This document shows, one piece after another, positions 1-11,162 of a stretch of DNA of 59,236 nt (the first letter of the stretch is position 1; each line of letters opens with the position of its first letter). Where the stretch lies: contig CAXXSM010000047.1 of assembly GCA_963663405.2 (NCBI GenBank), forward strand, positions 1 through 59,236, written 5' to 3'. The notes beneath the pieces were generated by a model, which saw only the letters and a program-made list of their open reading frames with translations, searched no databases and was not told the origin of the DNA. The translations under genes were made by a program, and so were the position numbers. Origin of the DNA: a bacterium (GTDB lineage: Bacteria; Hinthialibacterota; Hinthialibacteria; Hinthialibacterales; Hinthialibacteraceae).

Positions 1-150
1 ATTTGTCGTGATACTTGATATTGCAAGCGCCCCAATACGTAAAAAGTCGCGACGGTTTGAAAAAACGTTTCTTGACTCTGTCCCATGGATGCTGTGATAA
101 TTGGTATGATGAGCTGGATCGTCGATATGGTTTCGATGGATCGGATTCAT
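1..150 (-). CDS. 5' end of a Tat-exported protein (runs off window)
   Basis: ATG at 150 with GGAGAG RBS; open frame MNPIHRNH...VFSNRRDFLRIGALAISSITTN contains a twin-arginine RRxFL motif. Confidence 0.7.
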   Translation of the reverse strand, partial: MNPIHRNHIDDPAHHTNYHSIHGTESRNVFSNRRDFLRIGALAISSITTN

Positions 151-372
151 AGCCACTCTCCCGGATAGAAATGCATGTCATGCAACCATCTTCATTGTCG
201 CATGAATGTTTTGCCTCATGCAATACCCAATTCAATTTTTCGGATAAATGATTGTAAATCGCAATTTTTTTCTCTACAATGTTCTCTACAACAATTTTTG
301 TCAGAGATATGCAGCCGCTGTATTTTGCCTACAGATAATCTTTCAACATGAAATCGCGAGGGAGGGAATCCA

Positions 373-1305
373 ATGTCTATGTTACAGGCAAGCCCAGATG
401 GGATTAGAGAAAAAAGAAAACGCCGATCGAAAGCAATTTCGTACGAAGATGGCGTAACAAATTGGAATGGTCAGGTTTCGATTGTTCGATGGTTGATTGT
501 TTCCATGACATGTCTGTTCTTTATCCGGGGTATTGTCTCTGCGAACAACAGCGCTGAGGTTGCAAAAGCGATTTCAGCGCATAGTCATGTTACTCAGTTA
601 TTTAACGGCAATGATCTGAGTGGATTCTACACCTGGTTGAAAGAGAGTGGGAGAAAAGATCCAAACAATGTGTTTAGCGTAAAAGATGGGATGATCCATA
701 TTTCTGGCGAAGGATATGGTTATCTCGCAACTGGAAATGAATACGCGAATTATCAGCTGAGTGTGGAATACCGATGGGGGAACCGGACGGATGGTTCAGG
801 TTATGTCCGCAATTCTGGGATACTTTTGAATGCCATCGGTCCTGACGGCGGCGCAAACGAGACCTGGATGACGTCGATTGAATGTCAGCTGGCGCAAGGT
901 TGCGAAGGTGATTTGATCGTGATTCGCGGCAAGGATGAAGCGGGAAATGTCATTCCGGCAACGATCACCAGCGAAACAGTTTTAGCTTCGGATGGGCGTA
1001 CACGCTGGAAAAAGGGCGGCAAGATAACACCATACGCGGGAAAGCAGTTTTGGTGGTCCAAACATCAGGCCGGTTTCAAAGAGATCCTGGATACACGCGG
1101 ACAAGATGACATGGCTAGTCCGTTAGGGGAATGGACCCTCGTTGAGTGTATCTGCGAGAAGGACACCATCACGATCAAAGTGAATGGCGTTACCGTAAAC
1201 CAATGTTTTAATGTATATCCTTCATCGGGCAAGATACTTTTGCAAAATGAAGGGAACGAAATTTACTTTCGAAATGTTCAGTTGAGACCGATACAAAAGA
1301 AATAA
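373..1305 (+). CDS. DUF1080 / 3-keto-disaccharide hydrolase family protein
   Basis: LFNGNDLSGF, RNSGILL, SIECQL, GEWTLVEC and GKILLQNEGNEIYFRNV motifs; hydrophobic N-terminal segment; start uncertain. Confidence 0.85.
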   Translation: MSMLQASPDGIREKRKRRSKAISYEDGVTNWNGQVSIVRWLIVSMTCLFFIRGIVSANNSAEVAKAISAHSHVTQLFNGNDLSGFYTWLKESGRKDPNNVFSVKDGMIHISGEGYGYLATGNEYANYQLSVEYRWGNRTDGSGYVRNSGILLNAIGPDGGANETWMTSIECQLAQGCEGDLIVIRGKDEAGNVIPATITSETVLASDGRTRWKKGGKITPYAGKQFWWSKHQAGFKEILDTRGQDDMASPLGEWTLVECICEKDTITIKVNGVTVNQCFNVYPSSGKILLQNEGNEIYFRNVQLRPIQKK

Positions 1306-1323
1306 AATTGGGGAGACGATAGA

Positions 1324-2640
1324 ATGATATCCAAAACGAGAAATTCTAATGATTCTTCGGCATCACGGCGGAAATTTATGAAAGTGTCTACTACGGTTTT
1401 AGCCGGAGGAATCACCATGACCAACCGAAGAAACGCATTAAACGCTGAGGGAGGAGCAAGCGATTTGCTGCGGATCGGTTTGATTGGTTGTGGAGGCCGT
1501 GGGACTGGCGCCGCCTCGCAAGCGCTGCGGGCGGATAAAAATGTTAAACTCACGGCGATGGGTGACGCATTTGCAGATCGTATACAAACCAGTCTTGATA
1601 GATTGAAGAAGATGGATGATATCGCCAGTAAAATCAATGTGCCGCCGGACCGCCAATTTACAGGTTTTGACGCCTATAGAAAAGTCATCGATAGCGGCGT
1701 TGACGTCGTCTTGTTATGCGCGATCCCCCATTTTCGGCCATTACATTTTCAAGCGGCCATCGAAGGCGGAAAACATGTCTTTACTGAAAAACCCGTCGCC
1801 GTCGATGCTCCCGGCGTGCGGTCCGTACTCGAAACAAGTTGGCTAGCAAAGGAACGTAATTTATCGGTGGTTTCCGGACTCTGTCTTCGTTTCAGCAAAG
1901 GATTTCAGGAAACGGTTTCGCGCCTTCAGGAAGGGGCGATTGGGGATATTCATACACTGCAAGCCAACGATTATCGGGGGAAAATATGGGCAAAATCCCG
2001 TCAACTGGATTGGACGGATATGCACTGGCAAATGCGCAACTGGTATTATTTCACATGGTTGTCCGGTGATTTCAATGTCGAACAACACGTTCATTATCTG
2101 GATATCTGCTCGTGGATCATGAAGAACACCTACCCGGTTTGTGCGGTTGGAATCGGCGGACGACAAGTACGAACGGGTGAGGAGTACGGCAATATCTACG
2201 ATCATCACAGCGTCACTTATGAATATGAGAATGGCACGAAACTATTCAGCAACTGTCGGCAGATGCCCGGATGCCATAACGATATGAGCGCGCAGGCCGT
2301 GGGTTCGAACGGGAAAGCCAATTTAAACGAAAGCAAGAACGGGTTATACATCATCAATGACACGAAGTGGACCTACTCAGGCGAGGATAACGACTTTTAT
2401 CAAACCGAGCATGATGAGCTGTTTGCTTCCATTCGCAACGGGAAATCCATCAATAACGGCGAGTACATGGCCAAGAGCACAATGCTGGCCATCATGGGGC
2501 GCATGGCAACTTATACCGGCCAACGGATTACCTGGAACGAGGCGTTCAATTCAAAAGAGGATCTTACTCCTCCGAAATACGAATGGGGACCGATCGAAAT
2601 CCCTCAGGTCGCTATGCCGGGGATCACCAAGTTCTACTGA
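1324..2640 (+). CDS. Gfo/Idh/MocA family oxidoreductase with Tat signal
   Basis: SRRKFMK Tat motif, Rossmann IGLIGCGGRG, GKHVFTEKP, EQHVHYLD. Confidence 0.92.
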   Translation: MISKTRNSNDSSASRRKFMKVSTTVLAGGITMTNRRNALNAEGGASDLLRIGLIGCGGRGTGAASQALRADKNVKLTAMGDAFADRIQTSLDRLKKMDDIASKINVPPDRQFTGFDAYRKVIDSGVDVVLLCAIPHFRPLHFQAAIEGGKHVFTEKPVAVDAPGVRSVLETSWLAKERNLSVVSGLCLRFSKGFQETVSRLQEGAIGDIHTLQANDYRGKIWAKSRQLDWTDMHWQMRNWYYFTWLSGDFNVEQHVHYLDICSWIMKNTYPVCAVGIGGRQVRTGEEYGNIYDHHSVTYEYENGTKLFSNCRQMPGCHNDMSAQAVGSNGKANLNESKNGLYIINDTKWTYSGEDNDFYQTEHDELFASIRNGKSINNGEYMAKSTMLAIMGRMATYTGQRITWNEAFNSKEDLTPPKYEWGPIEIPQVAMPGITKFY

Positions 2641-2647
2641 TGCGGAT

Positions 2648-3946
2648 CTACTTCACGAGAGCCATATCAGCCCAGAACCGGACCTCCTCATCTTCATCAC
2701 ATGACGCCCCTTTCAGAGCAAACCTGCTTTCATCCGAGATAATCTGTGCCAATGCCCAGGCAGAAGCCCGCCGGATTTGGAGATTGTGCCCTTTCAATCC
2801 GTCGACGAGTCTCTCAACAGATTTTTCGGAGCGGAGTTTCCCAAGTGAAATGGCAGCCATCCAAGCGGATGGACCTTTCTCTTGGAGCATGACAATCAGC
2901 CTATTCTCGGCTTCCTTTGCGCCGATTTCACCTAGAATCCAAGCCGCTTTTTCACAGGTCTTGAAATTATCATCTTTCAGCATCTTCATAAGTGGATCGA
3001 CAGCGTCCATTGAGTTCAATCGTACAAGGTGCACAGCTGCCTCGTTACGCACCATCCAGTGATCGTCTCGTAGCGCCTCCACTAGCGACGTGATCATACG
3101 GTTGGATTGCAAATTCCCCAGTAGACGGATCGCATTCCAACGGACGAGAGAATCGGAATCCTTCAGAGCCTTCATAAGCGCTATGGCGGCGGGCTCTCCG
3201 ATCCTCTCAAGTGTTTCAGCAGAACTCCACCGAACTGTCCATCGCTCACTATGTAAGGCAGAGACAAGGACATCACACGTTTCTTCTGTGGGCAAATTAA
3301 CCAAAGCCTCCCTAACCGCTTCATCGAAAATACACGTTGGATTGATCTTGAGTCCGTCGACAAGCGCCTCCACAGCTTCGCTGGAGCCTATCTCTGCAAG
3401 AGCTTCTCCGGCGCGGTATTGGATGGGCATCTCACCACTCTTCATCGCCTCCGTTAACAACTCAACAGTCTTCTTCGAAGGAAAATTAGCAAGAGTGTAG
3501 ACAGCGGTTGCTCGTAGATTAATGTTCTTCGAGCGATCCTGACAAGTTTTTACGAGGGCATCCCGCGCATCAGATGAGCCGATGTTTCCCAAGGCCTTGG
3601 CGACAGACCGGTGAATATGACTGTTCATTCTCTCGTTCGCCAGCGCGGTCAGAAGCGCATTCTCAGCCTTTTGAGAACCGATTTTTCCCAATGCCTGCGC
3701 TGCGCGCCGCTGTTTCCAGGCGGAACCGTCGGACGGTTCGTTCATAGCAGTGATGAGCTGATCGACTGCTGGGGCGCCGATTTTCTCCAGGGCATCCATT
3801 GCGCCATCCCAGTCGCGAGTGTTCAAAGCCTCGATATAGGACGGAATCGTTTTGGTCTTTGCTGCGTGATTTTCTGACGCGTATCCGTCCATGACTGCAA
3901 TGAAAAGGATTATGGTATACATAAATCGCAGATGTACTTTCCTCAT
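2648..3946 (-). CDS. HEAT-repeat (PBS lyase-like) protein, probably exported
   Basis: Many LxDxxxxVRxxAAxALG repeats; signal-like N-terminus from ATG 3946 (ORF track starts further upstream). Confidence 0.85.
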   Translation of the reverse strand: MRKVHLRFMYTIILFIAVMDGYASENHAAKTKTIPSYIEALNTRDWDGAMDALEKIGAPAVDQLITAMNEPSDGSAWKQRRAAQALGKIGSQKAENALLTALANERMNSHIHRSVAKALGNIGSSDARDALVKTCQDRSKNINLRATAVYTLANFPSKKTVELLTEAMKSGEMPIQYRAGEALAEIGSSEAVEALVDGLKINPTCIFDEAVREALVNLPTEETCDVLVSALHSERWTVRWSSAETLERIGEPAAIALMKALKDSDSLVRWNAIRLLGNLQSNRMITSLVEALRDDHWMVRNEAAVHLVRLNSMDAVDPLMKMLKDDNFKTCEKAAWILGEIGAKEAENRLIVMLQEKGPSAWMAAISLGKLRSEKSVERLVDGLKGHNLQIRRASAWALAQIISDESRFALKGASCDEDEEVRFWADMALVK

Positions 3947-3980
3947 TTCTTTTTTCCTCACTTTATACCTTTGATGATCT

Positions 3981-5027
3981 TTAGTTTTCGTTGGTAAAGT
4001 GGCGATATAGCTCATAGTCCAGCTTCCCTGGAAATGTATTTTCAATCTCTCCAATGCTCTTCAAACCAAAAATGAAAGCAATTGCTATGGGATCAGCCCG
4101 CCATCCGGTGTGACCCTCATAAAAACCATAACGATATATATAAAAGGGAACTATCTCGCCGAGCATCATTTGGGATAGTTTTTGAACGAACGATTTTCTT
4201 TGGTTCTCATCCAACCGGTTGTATCTTTCAGTCAAGAATTTCGTTTCATTTGTATCGAGATCCCGCCATATTTTAATTCCCCAGGCTCCATCTAAATCGC
4301 CGTCATTGAAAATGGATTTTTGCCCGCCTTTGGTGAGAGTGACTTCCAAAAAGATCTTTTTGCCGTTATAGAGGATGTAGGATTGATCTTTCCAGGTATG
4401 GATGTGTGTTCGGCTATGGTGATGATTGCTGTAGCAACGAATCATATGACAGAGATGGATCAAGGGAGTGGCGGTTTGCAGATGGTTCAAACCGAGTTTT
4501 TTTACAAGCCGGTTATCGCCTTTGATTACGGACATCACATCCTCGTCTTCACAGAGAAAACCACTGCTGGATAACCTGCCGGGGCGGCCCAACTCAGTGA
4601 TTTCCGCGATGGACCGGCCAGTAATACGCTGCGCCGCATCCAACTCAATCTCGGAGTGCAATCCTATTTTCGCCAGAGTGGGAAAATCTGTGGCATCGAT
4701 TTCCAGTGGTACATTCCATGGTTCAATCGATTCTCCGGACTTAACAGTAACGGGAAATAGTGAATACTTGGATGCGTCAGTGACTACCGTGAGGTATTCC
4801 ATTCCATTTTCCGCTCGATAGGGTGATGGGATTTCTGGTTTGCCTTCCAAAGTATCTGGGTATAGAGGTAAATCTATAGAGTTGTTTGGTTGAGCAGGAT
4901 GTGCAATTGCTTGGATTCTTTGTTTTAATCTCGTCTGGCTCGTATTCCCCAAGGAATTGAAACAAAAAATATAACATGAGAAGACGCATAACAGCAAACA
5001 AACATTAAATGTCCATCTCGAAATCAT
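3981..5027 (-). CDS. Hypothetical exported protein
   Basis: Long ORF, AGGAGG RBS before ATG 5027, signal-like N-terminus, co-oriented with the HEAT gene. Confidence 0.7.
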   Translation of the reverse strand: MISRWTFNVCLLLCVFSCYIFCFNSLGNTSQTRLKQRIQAIAHPAQPNNSIDLPLYPDTLEGKPEIPSPYRAENGMEYLTVVTDASKYSLFPVTVKSGESIEPWNVPLEIDATDFPTLAKIGLHSEIELDAAQRITGRSIAEITELGRPGRLSSSGFLCEDEDVMSVIKGDNRLVKKLGLNHLQTATPLIHLCHMIRCYSNHHHSRTHIHTWKDQSYILYNGKKIFLEVTLTKGGQKSIFNDGDLDGAWGIKIWRDLDTNETKFLTERYNRLDENQRKSFVQKLSQMMLGEIVPFYIYRYGFYEGHTGWRADPIAIAFIFGLKSIGEIENTFPGKLDYELYRHFTNEN

Positions 5028-5161
5028 GGTCTTAAATCCTCCTGAATTAATAAATATCATTTCTTAATTCATAAAACGAAGATTTTGTCCAAAAGTTTCG
5101 AAGGTGGAAAAAATTCTCATAAATTTTCTTTAGTGGAAAAAAGCGTATAGATCATAACAAT

Positions 5162-5722
5162 GTGTATGCTTCCACATGGATAGCATCCTCCAACTATCCT
5201 ACGACATCGTATGCTATTCAGAAGCAATATGAAGGCGGAAACTCCGATATAGCCGTATCGAAACTTTCGTCGACAGGTGCGCTGTTGGCCAGTACGTATC
5301 TCGGCGGGAGAGGCGGCGAAAATCCGGAGGGCATTTACGTGGACGCTTCTGAATATCTTTTTCTTACTGGTGATACCAGCGCGACAAACTTCCTGATAAC
5401 CAGTAACGCATGGTATCCGCACAATGAGGGAAACCATGACGCAGTTATAGTCATGCTATCCCCTGATTTCAGTTCGCTTCTCTGTTCCACGTATTTGGGG
5501 GGTTCCAGTTATGATAATGGACGATCTGGTTTTCTCAGCAGTGATGTGGCATTCTATCTGACAGGCTCATCGGGTGGAAGTGGATGGCCGACAAGCGTCA
5601 ATGCTTTCCAACATTCCTTCGCTGGAGGATTTGGTGATTATGGCGCAGGGGATGTAATCGTAGCCAAAATATCGACGATTCATTCTGCCAAAGACGGTTT
5701 CTGGAAACGGATAATACAATAA
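5162..5722 (+). pseudogene. C-terminal fragment of an SBBP beta-propeller repeat protein
   Basis: STYLGG / TGxTxS / DxxVxKL repeats; begins mid-repeat with no signal peptide or RBS. Confidence 0.65.
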
Positions 5723-6037
5723 TATCGCAGGGCTAAAATAATATCGGTAATATCGAAATTCGCTACTCAATAAATCATTGGCTATAAAAAAATTACATGA
5801 ATCCTCGTTACAATTACGGATCAAATCACATGATCCGAATAACACTATTACACTCGCCAAATCCTTCCAAATCTTATAGTCAACCAGAACCACCATTAAC
5901 ACATTAAGATTCCCTTTTTCATAAATGTGCCGCTTGAAATTTTTGAACCCAGCTATACCGTTTTTATATATTTCATGGTTTTCAACCGCGATTGCATAAA
6001 TGAAAAGACCGGAAAGTATAAACCAGGTAAAATTATT

Positions 6038-8590
6038 ATGTTAAACGTTCTTTGGGCTATTCGAAATCCTTTAATAATTTTGTTTTTGCTCTTACTTTGC
6101 TCAGTGGGAAATATTCTTCATGCAGAGGAATTGATTCGTTTTGGACGGGAAACGTTGCTTCCCGACGATCCCCGCGCTCATTATAGCCGGGCGGTGAATT
6201 TCGCGCCCGGCGATGGTGAAATTTGTGCATTAAATCCACCACGGTTCCGCTGGCAATACCATCCAACCAATCCGGGGGAAGGAGGAGACTATGTTTTTAC
6301 ATTTCAAATTTCCTCTAAACCGGATTTCAGCGAATTGATTATAAATGTCCAGACCGAATTCAATTTTTACAATACGATTCCTCCGTTTCATGAGAATGGT
6401 CCTTATTATTGGCGTATTGGATATCGGAATCGATTGGAAGAGGATTCGCCTATGTCATGGAGTCAAATCCGGTCGTTTCAATTGTCGCCAGAAGCTGAAG
6501 TTTGGGATCGATCTCAAATGGCGCATCCGGATTTCGCATCCAAAGGGCATCCCCGCATTCTCTTCAATGTCAATACAATCACATCACTCCAACAAATTGT
6601 TCATACCCATCCGGACTCAAGAATTATTTTTAATCGGATTCAAAGAGATGCGGACAGAGCGCTGACAACGGATTGGTGGAAAAATTTTCCCGAAGAAGAT
6701 AAGGAAGTATGTGTAGTTCCTTATCTGGATATGGCAAGGAATCTGGTCCAAGTGGCGTTTTGCTGGCGGATAACCGGCGATCCTAAATACGCCGGGGTAT
6801 TGCAACGTGCGATACTCATGGCTCGATATCCAAAAGAGGGACGCGCATCCCCCGAAGGCGCGGGAGGAGAGAGCAACGAGGACAGCACTCAAATCACGGA
6901 ATTCCTTGGTTTACTTTATGATTGGTTGTATCCGGATCTTTCAGAAGAGGAACGGAACGATTTTGTCCATTCCCTTGATTGGCGCATTGATCACTTCGTA
7001 AACCATTTTGCATGGAGACGGCCATACAATGGACACTTGATTGTTCGAAGCGGTTCCCTTTCCACGATTGCGGCCAGTCATTCTTATGAAGGTTTTTTTG
7101 ATACCTTCACGGCAGCGTTGGCGGCTTATGAAGATTCGTCGCATGCTCGAGAATGTTTTCATCTTGGCCTCAATTACATGATCGGCGTGGGTTCTAGCCA
7201 TGGCTTTGATGAAGGATGGAATGAAGGTCCAGGTTATGGAAACAGTAAATTTGCGTGGTATGTCAATGCGATCAGCTATTTGGACAGTATTTTTCCGGAA
7301 TTCAACATGGGTAAAAATCCCTGGCTTCTCCGCATGGGTGAGTATTTCCGAGCAATTACACCAGTGGGATTGAAACATGCTCCGTGGGGGCATGGTTCGA
7401 ACCGCCAGAGTTATTATGAAAACGGACATGTACGAAGTTATCGAAAATTAGCGTACCTGACCGGCGACGGACGATTTCTCGCGAATTTTCTCCAATATGG
7501 AAATGTCAACCAGCGATTATCCCGGCCATGGATTGAATGCAGCCTCCCTGTGTGGCAACAAATGCCTGAACCAGAACTGAAAGAACAGTCTGTGCGAGTA
7601 TTCCCTCGCTCCGGATGGATAACAGCGCTTAGCGGCTCCCCATCTGATCCAAATACCTACCTCAAGGGCGTCGGTATGATCTTCGCCTGCCGTCCGCGAG
7701 GAGGATACAGCCACTCATTTTGTTCGGATAATTCCTTTCATCTTTTTGGCTATGGCGAAGATTTATCTCATGCCGCGGGAACATCGGATTATGAGCCTCA
7801 TTCATACCACAGCATGAGTCACAATACAATTCTAGTGGATGGATTGGGACAGGCACAACTCCGTGGTTTACAGAAATCTCCCTTTTACGGGCGTATTCAT
7901 GCCTTTGCGAAAAAAGACGGCGCCGTTTATTGGTGCGGAGACGCGAGCCGCTGTTATCCTCACGAACGCTTTCGTCCTCGTGAATGGTGGGGCCAACTCG
8001 CGGATATCTATTTGAAACAGGATCTGTCTTATGTAACAAAAGTCCACCGCCATGTTTTGTTTATGCGAAATAAATACTTTGTCATATTGGATGATTTGGC
8101 CGCGGATCGTCCCGCGCAGTGGACATGGCTTTACCACATATTGCACTCTGACCAAATGGAATTGGATGAAAATACTGGATCTTTTGAATATCGGATTGGA
8201 AATGTAAACATGCGGGGTGTTCACTTGTTGGGAACCGGTCAACTGCAAGTATTAAATCTGAGAGGGAAAAATGGTTTTCAGAATCCAATAACCAGAGAAG
8301 ATTACGCTGATGACCGGGGACGCGCGCGAGGAGAACGGAACATGATTGCCGAACATAATCTTTGGATCACGACACGTGAGAAACATTGCAATTGGCGATT
8401 TTTATCTGTGCTCTATCCCACTCCTTCCGAAACCGAATCTCCCGTGATCGAAAAAATCGATGATTTAACAATACGTATTCAAATGGATGATGAAACTGAT
8501 GTTATTACATTCAATCCAAATCGAGCCAATCAGGCCAATGTAGTTATTGACCTATCAGCCATTTCAACTGGAAGAAAACAAGAAAATTGA
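6038..8590 (+). CDS. DUF4962 / heparinase II/III-like polysaccharide lyase
   Basis: Signal peptide, NPPRFRW, HPRILF, GWNEGPGYG, HSFCSDNSF, SHNTILVDG motifs. Confidence 0.8.
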   Translation: MLNVLWAIRNPLIILFLLLLCSVGNILHAEELIRFGRETLLPDDPRAHYSRAVNFAPGDGEICALNPPRFRWQYHPTNPGEGGDYVFTFQISSKPDFSELIINVQTEFNFYNTIPPFHENGPYYWRIGYRNRLEEDSPMSWSQIRSFQLSPEAEVWDRSQMAHPDFASKGHPRILFNVNTITSLQQIVHTHPDSRIIFNRIQRDADRALTTDWWKNFPEEDKEVCVVPYLDMARNLVQVAFCWRITGDPKYAGVLQRAILMARYPKEGRASPEGAGGESNEDSTQITEFLGLLYDWLYPDLSEEERNDFVHSLDWRIDHFVNHFAWRRPYNGHLIVRSGSLSTIAASHSYEGFFDTFTAALAAYEDSSHARECFHLGLNYMIGVGSSHGFDEGWNEGPGYGNSKFAWYVNAISYLDSIFPEFNMGKNPWLLRMGEYFRAITPVGLKHAPWGHGSNRQSYYENGHVRSYRKLAYLTGDGRFLANFLQYGNVNQRLSRPWIECSLPVWQQMPEPELKEQSVRVFPRSGWITALSGSPSDPNTYLKGVGMIFACRPRGGYSHSFCSDNSFHLFGYGEDLSHAAGTSDYEPHSYHSMSHNTILVDGLGQAQLRGLQKSPFYGRIHAFAKKDGAVYWCGDASRCYPHERFRPREWWGQLADIYLKQDLSYVTKVHRHVLFMRNKYFVILDDLAADRPAQWTWLYHILHSDQMELDENTGSFEYRIGNVNMRGVHLLGTGQLQVLNLRGKNGFQNPITREDYADDRGRARGERNMIAEHNLWITTREKHCNWRFLSVLYPTPSETESPVIEKIDDLTIRIQMDDETDVITFNPNRANQANVVIDLSAISTGRKQEN

Positions 8591-8660
8591 TAGATAAAAT
8601 TATCATAGAAAAACCAATAAGAAAAGAAATCTCGGCTTAATAGAATGGAGACTGGCCATC

Positions 8661-10733
8661 ATGAATCGTGGAATGATATATCATACAAGCATCTCTCATC
8701 CATTGATCGTTACGCTATGGCTCGTGTTTTGTTCAACGGCTGCTGTTCATGCAGTGGGAATCGAACTTCAGAATCAGGAGCTGAGCCTCAGGCTTGATAT
8801 TGATCGGTATGGTTTACCATTTTTAGAACGGATATCCTGGCGGAAAAACGGCGACGTCATTTTCTCTGCGAAAGAATCCGGTTTTGGATTCCAGAACTGG
8901 GTAAAGAACAGTTTTCCTAACAATCCAGAGCAGAACTTATCCTCGACAAAATGGAATCTTGAAAGTGACCATCTTTATCATCGGGCTAAGGCAAGTTGTC
9001 GATTCGGACATATTGAGATTGTTACCCACTTGGATTTGGCGCGTCATGCCAACATGATCAAAACGTATATTGAAATCGTCAATCACGGATCTTTTACACA
9101 AATCGAAACCTTCCCCATTTGGTTCGCTGAGTTGACACTCCCTGGAGCGAGTGATTTGCTCTATTGGAACGCTCTCAGTTACAAACCGCAAAGGGAAAAA
9201 TTGATCCCTTCAAATCAAACAGTTCTGCATTCCAAAACCTATAGTTCCGATACGCGAGAATCTTCCGGTCAAGTGCCATTCTGGGTGTTATACGGCGAAA
9301 AGCAGGGGATTGGTTTCGGGTTGGAATGGAGTGGTGGGTGGCAGGCTGAAATTTCTATGATTGCCGCATCCATAAAATTGAATGTAACCTTGCCCCCAGA
9401 AGAGACTCAACTCAGTTTGAAGCCGGAAGAACGAATGGTCGGCCCCATACTCCAGTTCATCCCGCTAAAAGGAAGCTCAGAAATCGAGCGCCGTCAATGT
9501 TGGCTGAAAGAACGGCAAACTTTGGCTCATGCCACATGGGATATGCCTGAGCCAAGCTATCCTTTGATTTATAATCATTGGTATTCGGTTCGGTTTAATT
9601 TGAATGGAGAATTTATACGCAACCAGGTTGCGGCCATGAGTCCTTATGGGTTTGACGTTTTTGTCGTGGATGCTGGTTGGTATGCGGATGTGGGGGATTG
9701 GATACCAGATCCCCATAAATTCGAAGCCGGTGAATTTGAGTCGGCGCTTCAGATTGTGAAAGATAAGGGAATCAAGATCGGAATTTGGAGCTGTCCGTGG
9801 TTGAAACGTATCAAAAAGGAACAAACGGCGCCGGAAATCGATGAACCACCTTACATCAATAAATTTATGGACTCGTATAGCATTGACTTGGCCGGCGCCG
9901 ATTTCACAGAATTATTGAATCATCACATCACGGATCTCGAACGGCAATTTCACATCGACTGGTGGAAGTATGACCAGGAATTTTTGGGAAAGGAATCCCG
10001 TCATGGGAGAATGAAAAAAATGACAGCTCTCCAGAGCGCATTGGAGACCGTACGCCAGAATCATCCTACTCTCAGTATCGAAAGTTGCATGAGCGGAGGA
10101 CGCATGATCAATGCCTTCACTGATGCGATTGCTCAAATTCACTGGATTCGCGATGGCAGCGGCAGCGGTTACGAGCACGGACGATCGAATATTCTCGAGG
10201 CGCTTGGCGCGGCGCAATTTTTATCGCCGAATAAAGTACAGCGATGGACCAACCGCCTCAACACGATTCTTCCAGACAATCCGGAACTGTTAAAATGGTA
10301 TTGCCGGAGTTGCATGATTGGCGTGTGGGGAATATCAGCAGACATGCGCCTCATTAACAAATCCCAACAGCAAATTATTCTCCAGGAGGTTGAACACTAC
10401 CGAAAATTGAATCCAATCAAATCATCTTTATTGTATCAGATTCAATACCCAGAAGCTGACGGTAACCTAGTCTCCATCGTTTATTACGATGCAAGTAAAT
10501 GTAACGCAGCGATTCTGGTTTTCCGCTGGAATGCGAAGGGAGCGATACATGAACGCTTAAAACTCCAGGATTGGTTTCTCGACAAAGACATGGACATTAT
10601 TGATTGTGACCGAAAGACGACAGTTCATCAAACAGGTTCAAACCTTGTACGGAACGGTTTTGATATTGTCTTGCCTCCTAAACAACTCTCCAACATCTAT
10701 TTCCTGCATGCGACAAAAACTCAAGAACGATAA
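8661..10733 (+). CDS. GH36-type alpha-galactosidase
   Basis: YNHWY, FVVDAGWY, GDW, WKYD, IESCMSGG motifs. Confidence 0.82.
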   Translation: MNRGMIYHTSISHPLIVTLWLVFCSTAAVHAVGIELQNQELSLRLDIDRYGLPFLERISWRKNGDVIFSAKESGFGFQNWVKNSFPNNPEQNLSSTKWNLESDHLYHRAKASCRFGHIEIVTHLDLARHANMIKTYIEIVNHGSFTQIETFPIWFAELTLPGASDLLYWNALSYKPQREKLIPSNQTVLHSKTYSSDTRESSGQVPFWVLYGEKQGIGFGLEWSGGWQAEISMIAASIKLNVTLPPEETQLSLKPEERMVGPILQFIPLKGSSEIERRQCWLKERQTLAHATWDMPEPSYPLIYNHWYSVRFNLNGEFIRNQVAAMSPYGFDVFVVDAGWYADVGDWIPDPHKFEAGEFESALQIVKDKGIKIGIWSCPWLKRIKKEQTAPEIDEPPYINKFMDSYSIDLAGADFTELLNHHITDLERQFHIDWWKYDQEFLGKESRHGRMKKMTALQSALETVRQNHPTLSIESCMSGGRMINAFTDAIAQIHWIRDGSGSGYEHGRSNILEALGAAQFLSPNKVQRWTNRLNTILPDNPELLKWYCRSCMIGVWGISADMRLINKSQQQIILQEVEHYRKLNPIKSSLLYQIQYPEADGNLVSIVYYDASKCNAAILVFRWNAKGAIHERLKLQDWFLDKDMDIIDCDRKTTVHQTGSNLVRNGFDIVLPPKQLSNIYFLHATKTQER

Positions 10734-10757
10734 TGCCCGGATATGGCAGTAATCCGG

Positions 10758-10820
10758 TGTAAGCGGCGATCGAAAAGTGAGTAAATAAAAAGTGTAAAAA
10801 CGGCGGTCCAAATGTACATA
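10758..10820. mobile_element. Probable orphan IS21-family terminal remnant
   Basis: TGT-AAGCGGCGATCGAAAAGTGAG followed by a second CGGCGGTCCAAATGTAC box, resembling repeated transposase-binding sites of IS21 ends; no istAB nearby. Confidence 0.4.
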
Positions 10821-10936
10821 TCAACTGCGAATCGGACTACCGTTTACTATTTGACAATAAATCGAGTATAATCCCATAATTCTGTAGAATGCCTACTTCT
10901 GGTGAGTATCAGACACCAACTCAACAGGAACAAGGC

Positions 10937-10952
10937 TTTTGCATCCGTGTAC
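10937..10952 (+). repeat. attL core TTTTGCATCCGTGTAC
   Basis: Identical to 57135-57150; about 210 bp upstream of the integrase. Confidence 0.85.
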
Positions 10953-11162
10953 TAATTTTCTCTCCACATCAATGATCACTCTTTCGTATCTCCAATTATC
11001 TCAGTGATATATACTTATCTTATTGTTTTTATTGATTATAGAAATATCTCTATCTGTAATTTACAGGAAAAATTTTTAGTGTTTTCTTGTCTAATCAAGT
11101 ATCTTCTGGTACAATAAAGTGATTCTCTGGAGTAATCATTTCTGTCATCAGTGAGGTATAGG

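Noticed and set aside
270-291. TTCTCTACAA direct repeat as an operator for the divergent genes
   Set aside because: Only two copies in AT-rich DNA and no cognate regulator in view
2583-3877. Plus-strand ORFs opposite the HEAT gene, and similar shadow ORFs throughout
   Set aside because: Antisense or alternate-frame shadows of well-supported genes
10880-10960. tRNA or tmRNA at the attachment site
   Set aside because: No TTCGA T-loop, cloverleaf or CCA end on either strand
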